Positions 11,013 to 24,640 of a stretch of 64,000 nucleotides of DNA are shown here, piece after piece; position 1 is the stretch's first letter, and every line of letters begins with the position of its first letter. The notes beneath the pieces are model-generated. The model made no database searches. It worked only from the letters and a program-made list of their open reading frames with translations, and was not told the DNA's origin. The stretch is from Lingula anatina (lineage: Eukaryota; Animalia; Brachiopoda). The position numbers were made by a program, and so were the translations under genes. The stretch covers positions 12,896,001 through 12,960,000 of the forward strand of contig CM120649.1 in NCBI GenBank assembly GCA_051362555.1, in the 5' to 3' direction.

Positions 11013-14000
11013 GCTACCGACTTCAACCAAACCGCCATTGCAGCTTCACAGCCCCTAGATTTGAGTTGTAATTTATGTAGGTGTATTTATATATATAAAA
11101 AATACACACGTTATTAAGTCCCTAACTCCAGCACTTAAAGAACCCCCCTGAGCAGTAAAATTTAGCAATGCCTGAATGCATCACAGTCGCATATTGTTGA
11201 GTAATAAGCCCTTCCATTCATTCCAACCGCGGGAATCTGAGGGTTTCGACTTACCACTTTTTGTGCTTTAAACTCCGCCACAAAGGCTACCCGACCCTAC
11301 ATCCTTTCGCTCTGAATGCAATATTCTGTCAAACGTCCCCCGCTAAAAGAAAAGGATCGACTTGTTGGTGAAACCCACCCATGGTTGAGCGAGCATGGTT
11401 GAATAAGGAGCAGGACCATTTGCGTGTACTCTCAACACAAACGTTCTTCTTGCGCAGCTCACCCCTCATTGAGAATTCATATTTACCAAAGATCTCACAT
11501 GGGATTATGATCAAAAAAGCCCTCTCTAAATGTTAGACTTCTAGTTTGCATGACTTATTTCGAATCTTTCTCTTGAGTATTTGTGTGTGAAGATTAAATG
11601 TACTTATTTGGTGAAATAAGGTGACATTTGTGATGAAAACTTTTTATGTCTTATACAAATTTCAGTGTTGCATTTCTCATTGATTTTGCAATTTCAGTGC
11701 TCCAAATATTTTACTGAGTTGCAATTTTTAAGAAACTTCATCTCAAAACTTCTAATAGCTGAAGAGCCCAGGTACAATAAAATCTCTAGTTAAGTTCCAA
11801 GTGATATTTTACTTAATAATCACCTAAAACTTACTCGCCTATATAAAGTTATATTAGTACTCACCAATTTCCAGCATATCTTAGTGTACCAATCAAGTGA
11901 GATCATTTATACTACTGGAAAAATATTCACAAGAGTTGTAAATGCAATTCCAAAGTCAACATAAACAGGAATACTTATTATAGTCCTGGCCCCAGTGATG
12001 TCATGCTTGTGGCTGAAGACGTGACTGATCAAAAAGAATTATTCCGTAATTTTTTGTTGCTGTTGATCCAAATGACAATCGATGTTTACATTTTCTGCTC
12101 TTTATCAAAACAATCTTATGTTCAAAGCTTCGAAACTTTTTGCCAATGACACGTGCCGGTGTGAGTTTTCAGTTTTCTCAAGTTAAACCTTAACAAATCG
12201 CACCTGGTTATAAGTAAAAAGGAGTCAATTCCAATGAGAAAAGTCAACCAAAATACAGCAGAAAAATAAGCAAACAAGTTTGTATTCTCTTTTTCCATCA
12301 AGACATCAACTTGTAGAAAGGTTTCTGTAGTAAAATATTCAAGCAAAGAAAAAATTCTATAAATAAGTTTCATAACAAGTGAGAAGTAGGAAATGGTGAG
12401 TGGGGAAGAGGAGGAGGAGGGGGGGGGAACATTTGGAACTAAAATTTGCACAACTCTGCAAATCCAAGAGGGAAAAAACAGGGGCTTACCATGTGACATT
12501 CCAATATATAACAAAAATTGACATCATTACAATACCCATATTTAAGGGGCTTAAAAATTCCAAAATGATCTGCAACCCAAAGAATGGGCCACTGTAACAG
12601 AAGGCGTAACATCCATGTAAGCAGTAAGCTATGGCATAATCTCCATGTAAACGGTATGACATGAGGTAATCCCTTACATGTAAAGTTACGTGCAGTTTGT
12701 TTATTTAGCTCCCTCGAGACAAACATCAACCCAACGAGTTTGCACAAAGAGAAAAATGGAATTGCACAACACAAGAACAGACAGTAATCAAGTATATGAG
12801 CGTAGATTAGTTTAAGCCAAAATAAACAAACTCCTTTCAAGGCGTAGAAACAATATTGCCAAACTCTGATTGTTATGAGGTAATGAACTAATCACTTTGA
12901 ACCTCCTACTCATTCATCAGATTATCTATAAGGCCCCGGGTGTTTAGCTTGATACTCTAATTGGGAAAAAAACCTAGACACTTTGAAATCATAAATAGGG
13001 TTTATGGATCGTAACACTGTAAATGGTTTTGGATGTGATATAACTTGATGCTCAGGAAAAAGTGTTGAAATTTCAAGACAGATTTATTGTTTTTGCTAAA
13101 TAAGGGTCTAACACACACAGCTTGACCTGAATACAACTTATTAGATGCCCAATCCAGAGATGAGACTGCAATTTAGTGAAAAAGTCAGATAATGTGGCAT
13201 GGTGTTCAGGGGGCCACACAGGCCAATGATATTCCCAGCTCTCCAAAAAATCCGGAAATCTGCCAGTAGCTGGGAAAATCTCATCCCAGCTACGCCAAGT
13301 GTGATATTGTACTTATTCTGACTTGGGAAAGAATGAAACAAAGAAACAAAATACATGAATATTTAACTTATTTTGTTATAATCTCTTACCTGACAAAGTC
13401 TCACTGAGCAATATTAAATGTGTTCTAAAACCACGATCTTAACTACAAAGAGAGCTTAAACTCGAAAATATCTTTCTTGCCAATGTCTTAACAAACCACA
13501 GCTCAAATATACTGCCCACGTCAATGATATAAGCAGAAGAAAGAAACAAAAAGACAAACAATTTCTTAAAATAACTTTCTGACTGACCGACACTTAAAAT
13601 GTTCATGTCCACTTCAATGAGAGTCGCAAAAAAAGAAAAGACACACAGTCTTGCTCAAACAAACCCATTCAATGGCGACAAATGCAATTTTGTACTCTAT
13701 GCTTCAACGCCAAGATATGAATGGGGCAAATTTCTACTCCAAAACAAATCCAGTGACCCCACCACACTAGGGATCAAAACCCAAATGTGATTCGATGGCT
13801 GTAATTTAGAAATCCACTTTGCCGATAGACTCTACTGGATTATCCCTTTCTCCATGCTGATCAAATGTCACATTGTTATATCGTTTTTCCAACACTTAGT
13901 TTTGAAGGGAAACTGTAACTCATCTATTATTCAGGATTTGGAATGGGCTTATTATTTCATAAATATTGCTGTAAGAAGACTGTTTTTCTCGTAAAAGCTG

Positions 14001-14022
14001 TGTTTATAAGAGGGCTAACTTA

Positions 14023-14238
14023 GGCTCTATTCCCATAGATTTTAGATCGATCTATCCCCGCGGGGAGTCTCACTAGATTACTTTCAGATAATCCGACTTA
14101 AATGTCCGTCCCGCCTACTACAAGCTGTAACAGGGTAATTAACTTTCGTGTCCGCCCGGCTGACAGCTATTTAGCGTGAACCCCCAGGGAGTTAGGTCGA
14201 TCTAAAGTAGGTTGATCTAATCTATGGAAAATGGGGTG
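14023..14238 (+). mobile_element. 216-bp MITE, copy 1 (PIF/Harbinger-like, TSD TTA)
   Basis: Highly similar to 62013-62228. Imperfect TIRs (GGCTCTATTCCCATAGATTTTAGATCGATCTA ... TAGGTTGATCTAATCTATGGAAAATGGGGTG), TTA on both sides, CpG-rich relative to flanks. Confidence 0.9.
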
Positions 14239-15937
14239 TTAGACTGGAAACAGTCTGAATGATGTTATCAATAACCAAATAATAAAACTTTTTTATGATC
14301 CATTTTCATCTAACATGACTGAAATCTTACTCTGATCTGGTTCAGGCTTAAGTGATGTCATCAGACAAGTTATATCACAGCCACTTATGCTGTTAGACAA
14401 GTACTGGTAGATCATTTAACAGGGAATTCAAATACCCGAGGTGCAGTTTGGGTTCTTGTGTGAACTGGCCATATGATGTCATTGAGGCTACATCCAGTTT
14501 AAGCTAAGCACAATATGAACATGCCCTCAGACTCTTCAGGTTTTTTATTCTGAAAAGTTCTACTTTGAGTCAAAGAAAGGTTTGGCTATTCCAATATCTT
14601 TCTATCATGACAGCAAAATGGTTGGTTTAAAGTTTACATCTTTTAAAATATAGTATTTACTATTAATAGATTTTCTATTTTTGTGGTCTGTTTGCTTACA
14701 ATAAAATTATTAAGTAATATTATTTACTCTCGTGGTGTGTTTGGTAACAATAAAGTTATTTAGTACTATTTCTTAAGTGTCCATAAATACTAGTTAAGCA
14801 GACTTCTATTATAGACAGATCACGACCTAGTTTTAAACTCTTTTTCAAATTTTAGACACGGGCGTCTATCAGTCTCCTTTCCTCAACGTTAACTATACAC
14901 CCGCTACATAAATTATGCAATAAGTAATGAACCATGGCTTTATTTCACAAGAAAAGGTGACTATTCAGGTTCATCAGACCTGGCAAATCCGCCATTGTTA
15001 TTTTCACAACTCAATGGTGTAATAAGTCATGAACCGCTCTTTTCTTACACTAGAAAAGCCACAGATTAAAATTAATTTCACCTAACACCTTTTACTTGCC
15101 CTACGACCAGTATATTCCATCAACATCCCCGAGGGAAAACATTTTTCGGCAAGAATATTTTTCTCTCTTTCCTCTTCACTGGTTGATTTAAGCTCCTTTT
15201 CCTTAGCATGTCAAAAAAGGATCATTTGAAATTAATTTCATTTGTAGCAAATTTCACCCCGAACAAGGAATTAAATTCAGCCGGTAGCTCGATGGAGTAA
15301 ATATTAATTGTGGATATTTCCTCACCCTTGTGCAAATGGCTGATATCATCGTCGGACTTATTAGTGAACCAGAAATGAAATAAAGATACAGACATGAACT
15401 GGGGCTACAATTATACACAAAAATAACAACAGAATCATGATTTCACGCTTACTTTCCACTTGCAAATCACCTGAAAATTCCGAACATGCCTCTAAGGCTG
15501 GACTTTCAGACGGGACAGTTTATTCGCTTTTTTTTTGCTTGATTAAACCTTAAGTGTTGGATTCGCTTAAATACCGAGCCCAACATATTTGTGGAATAGT
15601 CTGGCACATTTTAGACGTCATTTTTCTTCCATACATTGAGATTACTTTAAAAAATTAAGTAAATGTTAGGTAAATGTTTCATGATGCCCCTCCCTCCTCC
15701 CCCCCCCCCCAAAAAAAAAAAAATTGATAGAGTTCAGATATTGCATGTGTACGACTTTATGCAACACTCATACAGCAAGAATTGGAAGACTGAAGTGGAC
15801 ATTCAGCCTTAAATTATGTTTTCAATATCTAATCATGCCGCTTCTGAAACATTAAAAAATTTTGAAATAAAGCCATGTTGAAAGAGAAACCAAGCTAGCT
15901 GTTTTTAAGTTATTTTCAGTGATTTTACTTAAGGTAG

Positions 15938-15968
<31 letters not shown>

Positions 15969-18454
15969 AACACACACACAAAACACATTTTTTCTCTCTC
16001 GATCTATTAAACATGACATACACATCAGAATAAAACTCTTATTCACCTTTATAAAAATGCCAAAAACATCCACGTACTTACTGAATTTTCAAATTTCAAA
16101 GAAAACAATTCTGTCAGCAAATCAATCTTCTTCCAGTTTCTTCATTTTTATACAGATCACCTCAAAAATCATCTTTTTTGATTACCTCAAAGAAATCATC
16201 TTCCTTTTCACCAAACTGGCCAAAATACCATGCTTACTCTATCAGTGCTCAACCCCCATGGTTTCCTTTCTTCTTCAAAGATAAAAGTTCTAAAGAACCT
16301 CAGACAGGTCATCTCTACGGCCTGAGAGATCAACCATCGTCAAAGGGGCCGTCATTTCGTTAATAATCACTTGGTATTTCATCGAGTTATCTCTACCAAT
16401 GGTCTAGCTGCCTCGGGAAGAAATTAGGTGAAAAGGTCATCCTTTCTTATTTTAATAACCGCCTCCCCCCCTTCCCCCCAAGAACAAAATTATCACTGAA
16501 CTCCACATACATTTGATCAATAATTTGCAATAAAGATAAGTCTAAGACTAAAAAAAGATCTAACAATAGCAAATACAGATGTTTTTTAACGTCCACACCT
16601 GTATTTGAAACTGTATCCTTTACAGATATGTATCTAAAAGCAAAAAAAAAAACAAAATGTCGTCTGCAAAGTGACTCACCGGTTACTTTCAGACCCGCCA
16701 ATTGAGCTGATCTCCCAAAACCAGAGACATACTTCTGCAACATGTATTGGACCTACACATCTATGGATACAGAGCTCTGAATAAACCCCCTGTTATGCTT
16801 TCCCTGGTGATTACGGTAATTATTCAATAAATTCAAACACCATAAATAATAAAAATAATCATCCCCCCCCACCCCTTAATATTTTAACAATATATATTTT
16901 TATTTTTGCTTTAAAAGTTTTGAAAAGTTGATTGGCATTATTTTTAGACAAAAAAAAAAACACTGTTGTGAGTGTCTGAAAATAAAAAAAAAAAGTCAGT
17001 GGAAAAATATTACAGGAAATGAGGCAGTTGAATATTACCTTATACCATACACTACTCCACAAGCTTACCCTACTCCACCGACTATTTTCAAAAGCAAACA
17101 AACACCTAAGATGACATTAGCTCATTTTAAAAGTCACACGCTGGCATTTCTAATTTACAGAGGCCGAGGGAGCTATTCAAATTCACAGTTCACTTTAAAT
17201 GTCCTAATCTCTTGCAGGGCTGATCTTGACGGCATTTCTTATTTACCAATGGCAGAGGACGATCCAAATGCCGCAGGATCTATTCACAGGTGTCACAATG
17301 AGGCTGGGCTCAGAACTAGAGTAACATGGACCTAAAGATGAATTTACTATTGAAAAAAAAGTTCATTTTCTGCCTGATCATATCCAAAAGTTGCATACAC
17401 ATGGTTGAGATTTTCCATGTCATTCAGAGTCTTCAGTTTCATTCACAATCGGAAAAGGTCACTGTTACAATATCGTGTTCTATGACTAAGACCAAAAGTG
17501 ACAAATCCTCTTAGTAAGCACTTTTTTTTAAAAAATCTACTGATTTTGACTAAATTTCAATAAAATATATAAAAAATCAATCAAAACTACTTGACCTCAT
17601 GCTGTGAACCCAGTGTGACTGATGACAAGGAGTCTTTCTTGTGTAAAGTGATATCATTAAATATCAGACTAATTAATACAAACTAACTTGGTCTTAATTC
17701 ACTCTTGTGTAGGGGAACTTTGGGTCCAGGGCAATTAATTGTAAACTGCCAAGGTCAATTGCTTGACCTTCTGCTGTATATCCATTCTCCAACATAACAA
17801 TATATAAATATTCTGTTAACTTGAAAGTGATTTGAGTCGGATGACCGACTAAAGACCAGTTCAGAACCGATCCAAAACTAACTAACAGTGTGAATGCACC
17901 CATATTTCGTTTTTCAATAATTGCTAATCTCATCAGAGACTGATTTACGCAACCACTAAGACGCCACCACTTGCAGACTTGTCAATAGGTGAAAATAAAT
18001 AGCTCCGGAAAAGATTTTAAACCAACACTCAAACCCCATGGTTCTTTACTGTAAGAAGTCATCTCTAAGATTGCGGGGGTAAAGAAAAGAACGGAAAGCA
18101 GTACCCATGCACAGAAATCCCAGAGGATTTTTAATTCTTTGTACTGGGGGTTATAAATCTCAGATAAGATAAAAATGTGTCGTTTTACTATTTGTTTTCC
18201 TGATCGCGGAACCTTATTGTTCTTGTGTTCTCAAATATCGCATGAATGTGAAATATCTGTGTCAGATTCCTTCTGAGAGATAAAAAGTTCATTCATTCGT
18301 ACAAATGAGAGGATTGGGGGGTTGTTATTGACTGAAAAGCAGACGTATCAAGTTGTCGGGGCTCATTGTGACAAAGTGTGATTTCATTCAGCACCTTGAG
18401 ACCAATCACTGATTCTTTTCTACTTGTGTTGAAAACAAATGTATAAAAACAATC

Positions 18455-18620
18455 TATTTTTACCTCTGCTGACAATTTTTTTTCCATTGGAGTAGGACTG
18501 TTGGTTGACAAGTTACTTCAGAAAGTTTTTCACAAATGTTGATGAAATTTTCAAGATAGACAGTTATCCCAGAGGAAAAGATATGATTACAATTTCAACT
18601 GAATCTTGGTCTCCTGATGT
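18455..18620 (+). mobile_element. Degenerate fragment of an interspersed repeat (Helentron/HINE-like), related to 24512-24640
   Basis: Shares TTTTTACCTCTGC...CACAAAT..ATGAAA.TTTCA.GATA with 24512-24640; family assignment is from recalled resemblance only. Confidence 0.4.
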
Positions 18621-18711
18621 TTAATAGAAGTTTTCCTTCTAATGTTCCTTTCAGTTTTTGCCTTTTTTCCCTAAAAGCATGCATTCTCACAGTTTTCTCT
18701 GTACTTTCTAT

Positions 18712-18922
18712 GGCTGCTGTTCACAACCAAGTTGCGCTGCGGCCTTACTGAACCATGGTTCAAATAAGGTGTGCACTTGAAAGCGACTTAATCCCCTAAT
18801 GGGTTCCCCGCTCCCAAGCACGCCATCTTTGCAATGATTACAAGGCATACTTTTAAGTGCACCATGCCATATTTGATCTGCGGCTTAGTTAGAGCCGGCT
18901 CAACTTGGTTGTGAACAGAGCC
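18712..18922. mobile_element. MITE with GGCT(G)CTGTTCACAACCAAGTTG TIRs (PIF/Harbinger-like)
   Basis: Left GGCTGCTGTTCACAACCAAGTTG versus right CAACTTGGTTGTGAACAGAGCC, with weaker inverted symmetry continuing inward; flanks TAT/TAA. Confidence 0.8.
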
Positions 18923-20240
18923 TAAGATTCAAAACTACCTAGCTCCATGATAGAGCCTAGACTGCAGAACCGGATATACATACCTTTGAAAAGATGATGA
19001 CAAATTTACAAAATGATGAGATCCCAAATTCAAAATCTTGACTTGATTGCTCTTACTTCCCTGCTATCTTATCCTCATCAGTTTATTATATCAAGCACCA
19101 AATGATTTTTCAACGAAAAAAAAAAAAAAAAAACTTGTCATTTATCTCACTGTCTCAATCTGTCTATATGTATGGAAGATTACCTGAGCCAAGCACCCAA
19201 AAATTAAAACCCTATGGAACACTAACATTGATATTATTATAAGTATGAGAAAAAGAAATGCACCAAGTCCCCTCAAATTACTTTGTTAGTTTTAATTACT
19301 CTGAAACTACTTCAACTTCTCATTTGACTTCTAAAATTACTTTGTTCATACCTAAAAGTATTTGGACCTCCCACTAGCCCAAGTAGTCATGACTTTACTA
19401 GGGCAATGAGTCCAAATGTAAAACCAATTATGATTACTGGGCAAACCTGAGTAGGAAAACTGTATTTTAATGTGTTCATTTTTGGCTAATTTAGCAGGGG
19501 AGCACATTTTAATTTTTCGATCAAAGTTTACCAGTTAATATGCTACAAGATATACATTATGCATAAAAGCTTGTATTACTATATACCACTTATATGTTTG
19601 GATAAAAAAAAAATAGGACTGGTGTTTTTTTTTTTTTTTTTTTCATAACATGAAGGACAATAAACAACATGGGGGAAAAAGAAAAAAAAAGCAGAGTGTC
19701 AGAAAAAAAAGCAATGCACAAAGTTATAGTGTTACCCTTACTCCCGGTATATGTACATTTAACATGACATCGATTACAGAACATTTTAACAACTTAAAAG
19801 TCTACAAACATGCAAAGGTTAGCAAGCAAATAATGCTCAAGCTTAGGACCAAATCTGAGTTTCTTTCAATCTGATTAGTTACATTAATTATAAGTTTATA
19901 ATGAAGTAGCAACAAATATGTATTCAGTCTCAGCAGTATATGTTGTCACCTTCCAATACTTTCATCTAACCCATCAGTAAAACATATTCACTGGTTGCAA
20001 CTTAAAAGTCTTATAAACAGTAAAAAGGATGAACCCTTTAAAAATCTGTATTTTACTACTCATGAATCAAAATCAAATGTCTTTATCTCCAAGCTGACAT
20101 CTTTTTAAATCACAATTTTTATGGCCTACCTTTTAGCCGGATCATGCTACAAGACGGTACACCATAAAAGTTACCTGTATCTAACTACTACATACAACTG
20201 CTATTACATTACACCTGGTAACACGAAACAGGCTACGAAC

Positions 20241-20271
<31 letters not shown>

Positions 20272-21261
20272 CAATTGATATTCAAAATGCATCATTACCC
20301 TGACATCAAGATCCTTCTCCTGAACATTAACTGCACTGATGATTTTTGACCTTTCAACGCCCTTTCTAAAATGTCGCCTGCTATTTCTTATTTCACATTA
20401 AGGATGACTACAATGATGTGGGAGATTTGATCGGATTACAATTTTGCACAAGATACAGAAACAAAACTGAAGACAATAGATTACACTAGCACCGTTCCTA
20501 GTGGATGCAAAATGTGGACTGTGGACGCAAAATCCGTCTCTAAAATGTCACTGAAGATTGATTATTTTCAACTACAAGTATCAAATTCAATGCATGGGAC
20601 ATCCCAGGAAGTGTTACGTTAACAATAACAAGGAAAAAAATCTTCAGCAAGACTTCAAAAAAATAAAATACAACACATAACAATAATAAAAATAAATAAA
20701 ATCTTTTGGCTCCAATAAGACATCCCTTGACATCCTCCCCCCCCCCCCATGACATCATCTCTTACAAGTCAAAGAACCAAAGAACCTTGTCATATCCAAC
20801 AGTTCTATCTTCAGAGCTGTTTCGAGAGGTCCTACCACATAATGAGGCTACAGGGGACTTAACTTGATTTAACAAATTTGCTTCCTACTGTCTGGGTTGA
20901 AAACTTGGGAGTAGTACCTACTTAGGACTGACAAGAGTGCAAGTAAATTGAAGTCCCCTATCCTTAATCATTTTGTCATTAGAAGTTGAAAAACATGATA
21001 ACATACTTGTCCTCAGCTTAACATTCACACAACACACTTCTGTGACACCGAAAATCTATATCTGGCCAAACATGTCTGGTTAATGGTGTCAAGTCTTTAA
21101 AAAGGTCTGCTTGAAGTCATCAGTTGTAAAGGACATATAAGTTCGCAGTGTTTTATGCACACAGAAGACATCAGGCTCAGTTTTAACTATAAACTTCCTT
21201 ATTGGTTTCATCATGTTTTTTATGTAAGACGAACAAACATCCACATAAATAATAATAATAA

Positions 21262-22714
21262 CTAGAGGATCAGAGAGGCGATACCGCCTCCTGATATTGT
21301 ACCACCAGCTGGGGTAAGCGCATTTGTATGGGAAAGAAAAAGAAAGTGGGGCCCCACCTGTATGGTTGTGGGTGACAAGCTGCAGGAAATGTAGTAAACA
21401 AGGTGTTTTATTTTTTTTTTTTTTTCAGTTTTGGCATCTAATGGCTGCTTTTCCCATGAAAATGCACCGATTGACCCCGAACTTCCACACATTAAAGCAG
21501 TCTGCAATTGTAACCCCTCAGTATAATATGAGAGCTAAGGTCTGCTTAGTTTCTGAACATTGGCACAAACAAATATCTTTTTGCAGAAATTCCCTTTTTT
21601 GCGATCTAGGAGGATAATTGGTAATGGTGCCTTTTATCCCACGCCACCCTGCGGAGCCGTACGATATGGGTTGGTACTAAAACCACAAATACCCCCAGCT
21701 AACACACTGGTGGTACTAACTATGGGCATATCTTTGCCGGTTTTGAAAGTATAAGCACTGAAAAAAGTTGCAAAGTTCAGTCCATGGTGAAAAGTAGGTC
21801 AAAGGTCAATTTCAAGGTCACAGTTAAATTGCCAGTATATGACTTCCTATTCAACTTCAATAGTAACTATTGACCCAACTCTTCTAGTTTTGGAGATATA
21901 AGAGACTAAAAATTTTCAAACTTCAGTTAATGGTGAAAAGTAGGAATGTACTTTTTGATACAGCATAACTCGTGAACCGTATGGAAAACAAAAAAACGGA
22001 GACCACCCCCAGTGTTGGGCTTGACATGCTCTATCAAATGCAAAAAACAAGAGGTCTCTAGCATTAACGACTCCAGAATTAGAGAGAGTTTTATGTTTCA
22101 GCATCTAATGGCCGCTGCTCCCGTGAAAATGCATCGATTGACTCGAAACTCACAGAGATGAAAGATAACCTGAAGAGTAACAACTACCAAAAATATTAGA
22201 GGTAAGGTCTGCGTAGTTTCTGAATATCAGCACAAATAATTTTTTTTTCGTAAAAAATTCCCTTTTTTTGAAAATTTTGGCCTGTTTGACCTTGAAATAA
22301 AGGTCAAAGGTCATATCTAAGGGCATATTTGGAATCCTCATATGTGACTTTCGGTCAGACTTCTATATTAATTTTTCCCATAATTCCTTCAGTTTGGGAG
22401 ATATATAGCATTGAATTTTCAAAAATTTTGACAAGGGTGCATTTCAACGAGCGTCATGCCCAGGCAATTGCACCGATCGAGACAAAAAAACCAGGGGGTT
22501 CAAGTTGAGATTATATGTGACCTAAATCCAAGAGATGGGGACACAGGCCCATGCAGTCTAGGAGGAGAAGCGGTAACGGTGACTTGTATCCCACGCCACC
22601 CTGCGGAGCCGGCGGAGCTCACGGAGCCGGCGGAGCCGGCGGAGCCGGCGGAGCCGTACGATACGGGTCGGGACTAAAACCATGAGTACCGCCAGCGTAC
22701 ACGCTGGTGGTACT
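21262..22714. mobile_element. Composite non-autonomous Helitron/Helentron-like (HINE-like) element with internal duplication
   Basis: Bounded by (TAA)n on both sides. CTAG plus hairpin GAGGCG-ATAC-CGCCTC at the left end; 14-bp-stem hairpin at the right end (22685-22714); GTACCACCAGC/GCTGGTGGTAC sub-terminal inverted repeat. 21430-21720 is duplicated in 22095-22714; GGTCAAAGGTCA motifs. Confidence 0.7.
22603..22656 (+). repeat. 9-bp minisatellite (GCGGAGCCG)x6 inside the element
   Basis: Directly visible; two adjacent units carry substitutions. Confidence 0.95.
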
Positions 22715-24511
22715 AATAATAATGTCAGATAGGAATGGTGGAAAAACTCTACCTCATGCTCTATGGTGTTGTCAGTGTTGAAACTTGATATGACAAAACA
22801 TATGACTGCAATGAAGTGTTAAAACCCACCCAATAGCCATCTTTGGCTGACTGTCAAGTTAAGTTACAAACAAAAGTTATCATATTATCGTGGTTAGGAA
22901 AAAGAAGGTGCAAATGCACTGGCTGGGTACTCTGTAGGTGATTTCAAAATTATTGCATCATGTAAAAAATTGCCACCAAACCGGTTATTTTCCATATAAA
23001 GATTACCTAGTTCTGTGATCAAACAGCAGACTGGTTTTAAAATATTACACAAAGACATACAAATTTAGCATAAATTATGTCTTCCATGCACACTTAGATG
23101 CTGTGACATAAAAGTTTCAAATTAGGACTAAATTACAAGATGGCATTCTAGATTTATGATAATTGGGAACAGAGGGCAGACATTATAGCTTGTAGACAAC
23201 AACTGCATTGTCTTGAAAAAAAAAACATTAACAATATCATCACTAGTGCTGAACATGCAAGATCATGTTCACAAAGGTTTTGACCACAAAAAAGTTTTAG
23301 TTTTAACATTAGAAAATAGAAGCATTCTCCTTGCTGTGTTTTATCTGTAAATAGATTCAGGTGGGGGTTGCAATCAAGTTCAAACTAGAACTTTATTGTG
23401 TCCTCTATCTTAGCACATGCAGTGAAGAAAGGCATAGGTCTTATAAATGCATATATCTATTGTCTCTGGTGTAATTACAAAAATAACGACACCAGAAAAA
23501 ATCATTATCATTCACAGATGCATAAAACAATATGTAAAAATGCAATGAGCTGGCAAAACTTGGGCTTTCACTTTACCTCAACTAATACTACCTTTTTAAG
23601 TTCACTCATGGCTTAATTAAATTAATTTAATTGACTATACCTTGCTCCAACGATGTCGCAGTATAGCCTCATAATGGAGCTGTGCTCGACCAATGGAAAC
23701 ACACCGCATACATATCTTTCTGGATTGTTGTTTGGGGATGTCCATTTTCAGTATCGAAAATGTCCTCTTTTCTCCCCTTTCATCTCATCCATAATTTCTC
23801 ATTTTTGCTGAAATGTTTGGCTGTTTTTCCAAGTTTTACTGCCTGCCAGTTCAAGCATTTTTCAACAATCCAATTTCAAAACATTTTCCCTGTCAATCCG
23901 GATTTTTAGAAAGCAGTAAGGACAACAATGCACTTATGTCCTTGGGCAGTTGAAACTTGAAAATAGGCCTCTTGCATTAATTCAATAACCCTTCAGCACG
24001 TGCACATCTTCTAGATTTCAAACTGACTTCTGTACTATCTTTGCAGGCAGTATTTTAAATGGCCCAAAAAGTTCACCTGTTAATTTTACAAAATATTCTT
24101 ATTTACATCCGAGAGATGTCTTTATGAACAAAAGGAAAGATGTTCCTTTTCGTCACCAGATGGTGCCACTGTCCACATTTTCTTTCCTCACAGCAACTAA
24201 TATAAAAAGGTGATTGTTAAGTGTTGCTCATAAATCCCCTGTCATCCTTCTTCGGGTTTCACTAGAGATAATCTTCTGGTCAATATTCTTTCATTCAGTT
24301 GGTTACATCTTCCAGAAGACTACATGATGAACTTTAAGGCGTGAATGAGTGGGTGAGAGAGTTTGCCAATTAAGGAGGAATCCAAGGTGGAAAAAAGTTG
24401 AAAAAGAAGACAAGGTTGTCAATCTAGCCTGAACTTGTCTTGTTGTCTAGACTTGCTGAGACCTGGCTTTTCTGGAAATTTTCATGTCAGGTCTGAAGTC
24501 TGGTATTTTTT

Positions 24512-24640
24512 CTTTTTTACCTCTGCCAACAATGGAGGTTGTTTTCATAGGTGTTGGTTTGTCTGTTTGTTAGTGAATAAGATATCCAGCAAAAAATTCT
24601 TTACAAATTTCCATGAAACTTTCAGGATATCCAGGGGAAA
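24512..24640 (+). mobile_element. Degenerate interspersed repeat fragment (Helentron/HINE-like 5' part)
   Basis: TTTTTACCTCTGCCAAC..GGAGGTTGTTTTC..GTTGGTTTGTCTGTTTGTTAG..CATGAAACTTTCAGG; related to 18455-18620. Confidence 0.45.

Noticed and set aside
16680-16743. MLQKYVSGFGRSAQLAGLKVT followed by CCG|GTGAGT
   Set aside because: Good donor but phase 1, with no compatible acceptor found; not supportable without RNA data.
22456-22677. ORF ending in PAEPAE repeats
   Set aside because: It is the translation of the 9-bp minisatellite inside a non-autonomous TE.
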